From: a virus
Direction: 5' to 3' (one strand)
DNA: 64,000 nucleotides
UHGV virus genome: UHGV-1368455
The notes under the pieces were generated by a model. That model was given only the letters and a program-made list of their open reading frames with translations. It ran no database searches and was not told the origin of the DNA. The position numbers were made by a program, and so were the translations under genes. Below, piece after piece: positions 45,101 through 54,000 of this stretch; position 1 is the stretch's first letter, and every line of letters begins with the position of its first letter.

Positions 45101-46053
45101 ATAGTATGTTCTTATTTAATGGTACTGATAGTATTGAAGCTAAAGAAAATAATATTCAACTTTCTTCTGTTGATTTTTGGGATACTCAATATAAAGAAAT
45201 TGTTACAAGCGATTTAGGTTATGCCGGACTGCAAAAAGAATACTCTGGTATAGTTGGTAGCTTTGGTTATATATTTTATGATTCTGATAGGCAGCGTTTT
45301 TATCGTTATGATAATGGTCAAGTAGCTTATATTGACGACGATATAAATAATTATATTCGTAAACTTAAAGGATATAATGTTCATCTGGTTGATGATAAAC
45401 GTCGTTATAGAATACTTATTAATTTTAATAAAAATGGTGAAAACGATATAGTTATAAGTTATAACTATCATACTAATACTTTTGTTTCTCGACATACGTA
45501 TAATTATGTTAGAGGATATAGTACTAAAGAAAATACTTATATAATTGGTAAGTATGATGATAATATTGGTAGAACTAATATCAATATTTATAAAGAAGCA
45601 TTATATTACAACTCTGTTGTTAATGTAATGCTTAATGCTAATTATATAAGTATGAAATATATTGAATACATACTTTATAAAGTTGCCAAAGTTACTCCCG
45701 TTGAACTTAACAATTACTCCCCCGTAGAGGGATTGAATGACCTTTATGCTGCTGATGGAGTTCGTGTATATAGTACTCATTGTGATACTGGTGTACTTGA
45801 TACTACTTTCAAAGATGCAACTATCGAAGTTAATAAAGTTATGAATTATGCTAAACCTTATTGGAGATTTGGTAATTGGCATCTTAATGCTCTTCGTAAT
45901 AGACTTGCTGAATATCTACAAAATAAATATGGGGATGATGAATGTAGTCGTATATTTGGTAATTGGTTTGTAGTTGAATTTCATATTAATTCTAACGAGC
46001 AAGTTGAGTTAGAAACTCTCGATGCAGTTTATAATAGTGCTGAAAATAAATGA
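42169..46053 (+). CDS. giant 1294-aa virion protein (tail hub/muzzle or cargo candidate), Asn/Tyr/Ile-rich
   Basis: Long ORF with coupled start (ATGG overlap); no catalytic motif recognised. Confidence 0.55.
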   Translation: MAQIIPKLNLNKHPSEVLNGSLIDATNIIVSNDNAVIQTEPQLDTSDINNQLINLIGSRSYSIKYCINCNKELIIFVLFNDDADNISLYRYNEDYNEIKYVTKTDYHGGELLGTFTYNFNNLIIAFSEYFEDDSKNVPLKTINLGKWNETINDNDVNQLNNSKIHPCNPEVKIPNITTSYVKGNCYKGWYFIFIRYKIDSNTYTQWFNTNEYIFIDTFTNTNLYKSYISSDVKNIGNKKNTWNSFYNYISDDTDISLITLQCDVTNRDTKYKYYQLGFVINRKDTTKCYRSEDIDINNSTFIFNNNLVVEEGLINMINTYTNYYNVKSLTAVGNRLFIGNYKENNFEKDIINSLKNINLSVSFIPSENNTDTQDIETRAEQELTCTVYCTNRTSNNQVNLIAKLWNNQQDGMIYYTGSQMPLVNKNHDDVDIHTMGQCKIKYHYQGKDVTEIVDAKNIIVAPFENKVINGQSNQGRIFILKDGELIEHEPDGPDINTVSLLSFYTNKVFGEIAMSYTNCDFTHTEVGVDGGEIESSTNILNTSGLRPNNPYNFFIHFIDKYGLYTDGFNINNFNLNTSENNFINNIGDKIIITPNDDNSYIAKFVLDNIPEQYVGWFISYEKIERYIKYTGFIGGNGEIQEDSEDASIEINKTSYIAEDIKRDSTNPWQGKRGNNQNFISNELNFLDSIITDFDIARFYNTTVTRTKGNNNIAKLTYNKTDNAYIDIPIISKHLLVADSYNNIGGETKFQLELNGVAEVITYSYIVELIKSDKTNIYNNINKTLIPCSEIKYETGEINVNTKDSFHSEIHVYDYKESTYWNDTLKYFQSSGDSRPVIHPVFCKVQQAFVDIPWESLQINNKPEIIFFPNKGLNTTDEYKKSFIIGTIIEAKNTVDLFQQKNNTVWNACPKTITNYYESKNYAKDYPKTIRRSNIIQDESRNNAWRQFKLEQYKNITENKGDVTKLIAIGYYFIVHCQHSMFLFNGTDSIEAKENNIQLSSVDFWDTQYKEIVTSDLGYAGLQKEYSGIVGSFGYIFYDSDRQRFYRYDNGQVAYIDDDINNYIRKLKGYNVHLVDDKRRYRILINFNKNGENDIVISYNYHTNTFVSRHTYNYVRGYSTKENTYIIGKYDDNIGRTNINIYKEALYYNSVVNVMLNANYISMKYIEYILYKVAKVTPVELNNYSPVEGLNDLYAADGVRVYSTHCDTGVLDTTFKDATIEVNKVMNYAKPYWRFGNWHLNALRNRLAEYLQNKYGDDECSRIFGNWFVVEFHINSNEQVELETLDAVYNSAENK
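45717..45732 (-). repeat. dispersed motif copy (CTCCCCCGTAGAGGGA), in-frame SPVEG
   Basis: Exact 16-mer. Confidence 0.9.
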
Positions 46054-46634
46054 AACGCAAGAAAGTTAAAAGAGACAAAGCCTTTTTAGGTGCAATCATT
46101 GGAGCTGTTGCTGGTCTTGCAGGCTCTGCGATTGGTGGTTCGATTAGTAATAATAAAGCTAAAGCTCAACTTCGTGCTCAACAACGAGCACAGAATAAAC
46201 AAGATACTCTCGCTATGGCTCAAAATCTTAGTGCAAGCTATGGTAATCAAGAGTATGTAGATGAATTTAATAAACGTGTAACTTTTAAGAATGGTGGTAA
46301 AATGAAAAAACGTAAATGTAGTGCTGGTACTAAAGTTTCTATTGCAAAAAGATTTGCTTGTGGAGGACGAAAGAAAGCCGAATGGGGAGCAAGCGATACT
46401 TCTGCTCTTATTAGCGGTCTTAGTAGAGGTCTTGGTAATATTGTTTCTGCTTCTTTGTCTGGCAATACCGGTATAGTAAAACAAGGAGATATGTTTGCAG
46501 GTACTCCTAAAGAACATCTTGAAAAACCTGATTATATTACTACTCCTGCTAATAATGTTTCTGATAATGACTATTTGTACCGTGTTGGTGGATGCAAACG
46601 CCGTAAGGCTAAATGTGGTACTAAAAAGAGCTAA
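46050..46634 (+). CDS. highly basic Gly/Lys/Arg-rich protein (internal virion or DNA-binding candidate)
   Basis: MKRKKVKRDK..., KKRKCSAGTK, CKRRKAKCGTKKS. Confidence 0.5.
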   Translation: MKRKKVKRDKAFLGAIIGAVAGLAGSAIGGSISNNKAKAQLRAQQRAQNKQDTLAMAQNLSASYGNQEYVDEFNKRVTFKNGGKMKKRKCSAGTKVSIAKRFACGGRKKAEWGASDTSALISGLSRGLGNIVSASLSGNTGIVKQGDMFAGTPKEHLEKPDYITTPANNVSDNDYLYRVGGCKRRKAKCGTKKS

Positions 46635-46748
46635 TATCAGCTCCATATTCCTATATTAATTTTGCCCCGATTAATTTATCCAGCCATGATAATTTAACAT
46701 GGCACAGGGCATGAGAATGTTTCATAATAAATAATATTTTTTTTATTT

Positions 46749-48365
46749 ATGACTAAAGTTAAAAGACCTAATATAGTGCGTGGAGGAATTGCTGTTCCTC
46801 TTGGACGTAACTATTATTATATGCGAGGTAGAAAACATGAACAAGGTGGTATTGATATTGGTAAAAATCCTCGTACAGGACTTGAAGTTGAAGACGGTGA
46901 AGTTATGCACGTTGGTTCTAAAGATATTAAAATATTTAGTTCTCTTCCTTTTCTTAATGGTAAATCCCCAGCTCAAAGAGTTATGAGTGGTGAAAATTCT
47001 AATGCTGTTTTTAATGCTCAGGAACGTTTTAAGAAAAGAAATAAGATTAATGATGATGGTACTAAAAAGAAACGTATGGGAGGATTAAATAGAAGTAAAG
47101 ATTATGGTTCAAAATCTAAACCTTATCCTAATGTTAAGAAAAGCGATTTTGCTGGAGGTGGCAGAAGTTATCCTATTCCTACTAAAGCCGACGCTCGTGA
47201 CGCATTAAGACTTGCTGGACTACATCATAGACCTGATGTTAAAGCTAAAGTTTATCGTAAATATCCTGAACTTAGAAAGAAAGCTAAAGTTGGTGGTTTA
47301 TATTCTGTTACAGTTAATGGAGAAACAAAATTATATCAATATCCCTCTACGGGCAAGATAAAGAAGTCTAAAACGACTAAATCGGCTGGACGTTCTAAAT
47401 TTGCTGGAGGAGGTGATACTAAAGATAAAGATAAAGAAAAAGATAAAGTAAAAATTATAACTGCTAAAACTTTTCCTGAAGTTAATCCATTTACTTTTAC
47501 TGAAAATCCTCCTGCTACTACTCCTACCGAAAATGTTGAAGCAACTATTAATGCTAATGTTCCTCGTGCTTTTGCAAAACGTAATAGAGATATAACTGAC
47601 CCAGAAAAACTTAATATTGCTTATCAAAAAGCTTCAGGTACTTATCCTAATTGGTTTCAACGTACTTATAGAAATATAAGAAATTATGTTAATGAACACC
47701 CCGATACTGTCAATGAAGGTATTGGACTTGCAAGTAATGTTGTTTCTTCTCTTATAGGTAATAGTATAAATAGACGAGTGCTCAATAGTCTTCGTTATTC
47801 TCCTGCTCCTATTCCTCAACGTGCTGCAAAACTTAAAACTCGAATCAATATTAATCCTCAACTTGATAGAATGAGAGAAAGTCTTGCTGCTTATGAACGA
47901 GCTATCGATACAAATACTGGTAGTTCTCAAGTTGCTCTGGCTCGCAAACAGAGAGCAAGGTTAGCAAATGTTCTTTCTACTAATGAACTTTATGGTAATA
48001 AAGAAAATACTGAGACTTCTCTTATTAATCAAGATAGACTTAATCAACAAGAAGTTGCTAATAGAAATATTGATGCTTATAATACTTGGGCACAAGGTAA
48101 AGCTGATTTTGAAAATAGTATAAGACAACAAAAAGCTGAAAATAATATTGCTTTGATGAATAATCTTAATGCTGGAGTTCAAAATGTTATTAATAATATT
48201 CAGCAACGTAGAACTGAAGGAAGAAATATTAAAGCAATGCTTCTTGCTTATCCTGATTTACCTGCTGAACAACTTCTTGCTTCTGGTCTGATTACACAGA
48301 ACGAATACGATACTTATCGTAAAGGTTATCCTCTTAAACGTAAAAAGAATAATAATAACGAATAA
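46749..48365 (+). CDS. basic, low-complexity internal virion (cargo/ejection) protein candidate, 538 aa
   Basis: K/R/G-rich N-terminal half; contains a degenerate motif copy. Confidence 0.5.
   Translation: MTKVKRPNIVRGGIAVPLGRNYYYMRGRKHEQGGIDIGKNPRTGLEVEDGEVMHVGSKDIKIFSSLPFLNGKSPAQRVMSGENSNAVFNAQERFKKRNKINDDGTKKKRMGGLNRSKDYGSKSKPYPNVKKSDFAGGGRSYPIPTKADARDALRLAGLHHRPDVKAKVYRKYPELRKKAKVGGLYSVTVNGETKLYQYPSTGKIKKSKTTKSAGRSKFAGGGDTKDKDKEKDKVKIITAKTFPEVNPFTFTENPPATTPTENVEATINANVPRAFAKRNRDITDPEKLNIAYQKASGTYPNWFQRTYRNIRNYVNEHPDTVNEGIGLASNVVSSLIGNSINRRVLNSLRYSPAPIPQRAAKLKTRININPQLDRMRESLAAYERAIDTNTGSSQVALARKQRARLANVLSTNELYGNKENTETSLINQDRLNQQEVANRNIDAYNTWAQGKADFENSIRQQKAENNIALMNNLNAGVQNVINNIQQRRTEGRNIKAMLLAYPDLPAEQLLASGLITQNEYDTYRKGYPLKRKKNNNNE
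47342..47357 (+). repeat. degenerate motif copy TCCCTCTACGGGCAAG (in-frame PSTGK)
   Basis: 13/16 match to the consensus. Confidence 0.6.
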
Positions 48366-48371
48366 ATTACT

Positions 48372-51059
48372 ATGGCTCAAGTACAATATATAACTCGTGA
48401 TTTTATACCTCGCGTAGACTTAACTACTCTTGGTAATACATTTAATACTCTTGAACAAGGTCATCAAGCTGCCGTACAGGCAGCTTCTGACCTTAAAGCT
48501 ACTATTGCTAAATTGCCGATGGATGCTCAAGAAGATGGTTTTAAAGAACAACTTGTTAATGAAATAAATCAAACTATTGATGATAATACTCTTTATGGTA
48601 ATTCTTATGGGGCTTTAGACAATCTTGTTACACAAATTGGAGATATTCAATCTGATGGTAGAATTATAGGTAGACTTCGTAATCATCAAGCTAAAGTTGA
48701 ATATGATGCTAAAGTAGATGCTATGGCTATTCCTGATGGAATGAAGCAAATGTATAAAGAAGAAAATCCTTATTATTATGAAGACGGAGAAGTTGATGCT
48801 AATACTGGACGTGTTCTTCCGGGTGAGATGTGGGAAGCTAAAACTAATCCTGTTACTACTGTTCCAGAAAATCAGATTCAAGCATATGCTTTACAAATAG
48901 CTGCTAAAGATGCTGGTAGTGGAGAAACTGTTAGTTTTCTTGACGTCAATGGCAATCCTACTACTGACCCAAATAAATCTGAAGACGGTTCTATGTACAA
49001 AAAAGTTGGAACTCGATGGGAACGTCTTAGTGAAGATAAAATTAGAGAAGCATATAGAGTAGCTATTAATAGTATTCCAGGAGCTAAAGATAGTCTCGAC
49101 CAAGATTATCGTTATGCTACTTGGCAATATGATAAACTTGTTAAAGATGCTGAAGCTAAAGGCGGGAATATCGCTCCTTATGTAAAAGGATATACTGATA
49201 AAAATGGTAATATTTATACAAGAGACCAATGGCTTAATAATAAAATAAATAATTTTGCTGATGTTGCTGCATATAATCATGTTTATAGTTCAGTAGATTT
49301 TGGTACTGCTTTACAAAATAGAAAAGCAAGACAATCTGCTGCATCTGCATCTGGAAGTGGAGGGCTTATAGGAGCTTTACAAGGAAATAATAGACAACTT
49401 GGAAATATTATTAGTGGTACTGAAGAGACTGAAAGCAATGCTTTTGCTGGAGTTACTAAAGCTAAAAATGATGCAAATAGAACTGGTCTTAATATAGCTA
49501 AAACTTTTGGAGGTAATCTTTTTAGAGAAGCTGATAGTATTAGCGATATTATTAGAACTGTTCGTCAAAGAGACCCATCTGTTAAAGGTCCAGGAGGTAC
49601 AGCTAATTATATTATTAGTCATTATGGCAAAAATATGACTCCACTTCAAAAGTCTCAACTTAGAAATGCTCTTGTTGGTTATGTTCAAGCTAACAAACAA
49701 TATAACCAAATGATTAAAAGTGCTGGTGGTAATGCTGATGGACTTAGATTTAGTGCCAATGCTGCTAATAATGAATATACTAATGACAATAAATATGGTA
49801 GAGCTGTTATTAGAGAATTAAATAATATATTTTCTAATAATAATAGTGTAGATTATGAAATAGGTTCTGATGTATTTTCAGCTCTTAAACATTTATATAA
49901 AACTGATGACCTTAGAAAAGTAGGTCTTAATTATTCTCGTAATGAAGATGGAAATTATATTGTTACTTTTACTCCTCAAAATAGAAATTTAATGCCTAAA
50001 TTTGACAGTCTTATAGCACAAGCTGATAGTCAAGTTGATGGTAGTTTTAGTGGATGGTTTAAAAAAGCATTTACGGGCAGAGCCGCTTCCGGTAATTATG
50101 TAGTTCATTTTCATAATAAGAATGGAAGAACTAATACAAGAAATATTAGTGGAGGAGGAGCTTTAGCCAATGCTTATGAAAATGGTAGTAATGCTGCTTC
50201 TAAAGCAGAAAGTAAAGCTGGAGTTGCTAAAGGAACTCGTAGTTTTAGTACTGGTAATTATGCAAGTTTTGGTGCTGCTTATGCTGCTATGCATCCAGAA
50301 ATAGCTCAACAAACAGGTGAAACTCTTCAACAGTTTATAGATAGACAAAATGAACAAGTTGATTTAGGTTTTGCTCAAGGTAATTTTGATTCTGGCCAAA
50401 TACAGTATCTTGATGAATCTGGTAGAGCTTTTATTGATATTTCTAAAAATCAAGATGCTAAAACTCTTATACAAAATATGTATGCTGATGATACTCAGCG
50501 TAAAAAAATAAAGAGAGCTATTAAAATTCCAACAGGTACTGAAGCTGGAGGAACACAAGGATATGTTCTTTCATTTACTGTACCTAAAGGATTTGGCAAT
50601 AAACATTTTAAAGAAGGACAAAAAGTAAATATAATTGTTAGTGGTGTTAGTGAAGAAGAAATTAATTTTAATCCTTCTATGAATCCATCTGTTCTTGCTT
50701 CTAATGCTATTGTTACAAGTAGAGCTACTGGAGGTCCTGTTGAAATTCAAGGTTATGACGCCAATCTTGGTAATACTGATTTAGTTCCTACTAAAAATGG
50801 AAAATATGCATCTACTTTTATGGGTAATGCAAAGAATATGACTCCTGAAGAAGCTGAATATTATATTACTCTTATGTACACTCTTCAACAATTCAAAGGA
50901 CAACTTGAAAGTGGAGCATATAATCTTGCTGACCCTAATCAAGTAACTCTCGTTAATAATAAATTTGACAATCTTGTAAATGAATTATCAAAAGTTACAG
51001 ATACAAGTAGAAATAGTGTTGCTACTGCTGTCTTTAATATGATTAAAAATGGAGAATGA
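48372..51059 (+). CDS. large virion protein (895 aa), cargo/ejection candidate
   Basis: ORF in the block of large genes upstream of the polymerase-like gene. Confidence 0.5.
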   Translation: MAQVQYITRDFIPRVDLTTLGNTFNTLEQGHQAAVQAASDLKATIAKLPMDAQEDGFKEQLVNEINQTIDDNTLYGNSYGALDNLVTQIGDIQSDGRIIGRLRNHQAKVEYDAKVDAMAIPDGMKQMYKEENPYYYEDGEVDANTGRVLPGEMWEAKTNPVTTVPENQIQAYALQIAAKDAGSGETVSFLDVNGNPTTDPNKSEDGSMYKKVGTRWERLSEDKIREAYRVAINSIPGAKDSLDQDYRYATWQYDKLVKDAEAKGGNIAPYVKGYTDKNGNIYTRDQWLNNKINNFADVAAYNHVYSSVDFGTALQNRKARQSAASASGSGGLIGALQGNNRQLGNIISGTEETESNAFAGVTKAKNDANRTGLNIAKTFGGNLFREADSISDIIRTVRQRDPSVKGPGGTANYIISHYGKNMTPLQKSQLRNALVGYVQANKQYNQMIKSAGGNADGLRFSANAANNEYTNDNKYGRAVIRELNNIFSNNNSVDYEIGSDVFSALKHLYKTDDLRKVGLNYSRNEDGNYIVTFTPQNRNLMPKFDSLIAQADSQVDGSFSGWFKKAFTGRAASGNYVVHFHNKNGRTNTRNISGGGALANAYENGSNAASKAESKAGVAKGTRSFSTGNYASFGAAYAAMHPEIAQQTGETLQQFIDRQNEQVDLGFAQGNFDSGQIQYLDESGRAFIDISKNQDAKTLIQNMYADDTQRKKIKRAIKIPTGTEAGGTQGYVLSFTVPKGFGNKHFKEGQKVNIIVSGVSEEEINFNPSMNPSVLASNAIVTSRATGGPVEIQGYDANLGNTDLVPTKNGKYASTFMGNAKNMTPEEAEYYITLMYTLQQFKGQLESGAYNLADPNQVTLVNNKFDNLVNELSKVTDTSRNSVATAVFNMIKNGE

Positions 51060-51062
51060 GAT

Positions 51063-54000
51063 ATGCCTAATAATGTAATTACAGGAAATTCTTTCGTAGA
51101 TAAAATACGTCCTTATATTCCTAATCCCGAATATAATCCTAAAACCAAGAAAGGTCGTGTTCAACCTCCTATTCTTGTTGATAGTTCTGCTCCAGCTATT
51201 AATGATAACTTTATGTCAAGAACTATGAATAGTGTTAATAGACTTACTTTTACTGGAAGAGAACTTGGTTTTACTAATGAAGAAATAGAGAGTGATGCCG
51301 ATTTAGGCATTACTCTTTCTCCGTATAATACTGTAGATGAACTTAATAAAGCAAGAGCAGATAGTCAATCTGCTCTTTCTCAGTTTGGTAACTTTCTTGC
51401 TCAAGCTGGTTTAGGTGAAGTTCTTGTTGGTACTATGGAAGGATTTGGTAATATCTTTGATGGAGCCAAACAATTTGTTACTGGAGACAATTATGAATCT
51501 TCTGCATGGACTCGTTTTTGGGAAGATATACATAATGATATTAAAGATAAATTTAAGATTTATCGTGAGAACCCTAACGCTGATTGGGACTTGTCTGACT
51601 TTGGTTGGTGGATGGATAATGCTGTCAGTGTTGCTACTACTGCTTCACTTATGATACCTGCTGCTGGTTGGGCAAGAGGTATTTCTATGCTTGGTCGTAT
51701 AGGTAAAATAGGAAAAGGAATTAATGCTGTAACTCGTTGGGCAAGTAAAGGTCTTAGTAATTGGAGCAAAGCCGCAAGAACTGGTAATAAGTATGCTCAA
51801 ATAAGAGCTGCAGCTTCTATTAATAAAACAATTAATAATGCCGCTGAAATAACTGGTACTGCTCTTCTTAGTAGAACAGGTGAAAACTATATGGAAGGTC
51901 GTCAAGTTTATGATGAAGTTTATACTAATAGTAAAGAGAATCTTGATAATATGCCAGATACTGAATTTCAGAAGTTTCTTGCTCGTCATCCTGAATTTAG
52001 AAACCAATCTAAAGATGACATTGCCAAAGAAATAGCTCGTCAATCTGCTAACGAAACTTTTTATAATGATTATTGGATGTTACTTATGGATATTCCTCAG
52101 TTCAAAGCTCTTGGTAGTTTATGGGGAAAACCTATGCAACGTGCTTCTAAAGCGTCTGAACGTATTGCTGCTGAAAATGTTAGACGTACTCTCGCTGGTA
52201 AAAAAGCTGAAGACCTTATAAAAAATAATCTTCTTAATAGAACAAAAGAAGGTTTCAAATATGCTTTCAAACATCCTACTAAAAGTGCTGTCATTACTCA
52301 ACTTGGTGAAGGCTTTGAAGAAATGTATCAAGGTATTCAAAGCGAAAAAGGAATGGAAGTTGCTACTAAATATTTTGACCCATCTTTTACTCCTCGTTCT
52401 CTTACTTCTTATTTTACTGACGGCAGTATATGGGAACAAGGATTTTGGGGTTGGATTGGTGGTATGGCTTTTACTCCTGCCGGACAAGCAATTCAAAAAG
52501 GCTCTCATGCTATTAAAGGTTTATATAATAAAAAACACATGACTGCCGAAGAATATGAACAATGGCAACGTGCTAATCGTAATATAGGAGCTGAAAAAAT
52601 TAATAATGTTACTATTACTGCAAAAGAATTTATTGACAATATGAATAAAATTAACGAAGGAAAAAATCCATTTAATTTTGTTGTCAATAAAGATACTGGT
52701 ACTAAGATTATTAAAGATGGTCAATTAGTTGAAGAAACTATTGACGATGAACAAAAAGAATTACTGAAACAAGAAGCTATTGATAAATTTGTAACAGATA
52801 CAGCTTTCGATGCTATTGATAGTGGTGTTTATCCACTTATGCAAGAAATACTTAATAGTTCTGAATTTGACCAATATCTTACTAAAAATGGTGCTACAGT
52901 TAACGGCAATGATAAAGCTATAAGCAAAGAAATTTCTAATCGTATGGAAGCTATTTCTGATATGTATCAGAACGAACTTCGTAACGTCAATAATCTTACC
53001 GATAAAGCAAATCCATTTGCAACCATTGCTGCTGCTCGTAGTTTAGTTAGAACTAAATTACAATTAGAAGATTATGAAAATCAGTTAGGTAATATCGCTG
53101 CTCGAATGGAAGAAGCTAACGATAACCAAACTGATTTTAATCCTTATATTGAACGTAGAAAATATAATTATGCTAAACGTCAATTAGATAATATTGAAAG
53201 ACAAGAACAAATTATTGCTACTCAATATGCCAATAAAGAAATTGGTGCATCTGCTCGTGACCAATATATGAAAGAACTTGATGCACAAAGAAAAGTATGG
53301 CAAGATTATATTATGAATAATACTTCTAAAGGTGCGATAGAAGAAACTATGAGAACTATTCAGGAAGATGAGAGTATTCCTGATAATATGAAAAAAGATT
53401 TTTATACTATTATGAGAAACTTGGATAAACAAATTGCTTCTGCTACTGAAGTGTCTATTCCAAGTGATACTATTAAAGAACTAATAGATGAAGAAATAAC
53501 TATTGAATCAAGACGTAATTATACGCAAGCTCAACTGCCATTAGATGAAGCTGATTATAAAAATGTTTATAATGAGTTTGCAATGGCTATGGACCAAATG
53601 TATCGTAAACGTATTGATGGAGATATTGATACTGTTAAAAATTATCTTAATAATGCTAAAGATTTAGATGAGGCTATTAATAATGTTCTATCTGAAAATA
53701 CAGGTATTAGTAAAGTCGATAACGCTCTTAAATCTATTCGTTATGGTTATTTTAATCAAAACAAAGATATGAGAGGTCAAATTACTAATAATCTTCAAAT
53801 GGAACTTATTATTGAAGAAGCTCGTAAAAATCGTAAAAAAGCTGAAAATTTACAAGCTGAAGCTGAACAAAGTGGTACTGTTCTTCCTGAAAGCGAAGCT
53901 GGTCAACAACAAGAGCAAGAAGAAGCTGCTATTAATCAACAAGAAACACAAGATGAGAATGGTAATCCCTCTACGGGGGAGGTTGAGCAAACAACAACAG

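Noticed and set aside
53600-53640. DxDGD polymerase motif in the 2237-aa protein (KRIDGDIDT)
   Set aside because: The sequence is R-I-D-G-D-I-D, which does not fit DxDGD with the required upstream Asp, and there is no DPBB-like context; the downstream ORF has the better candidate.
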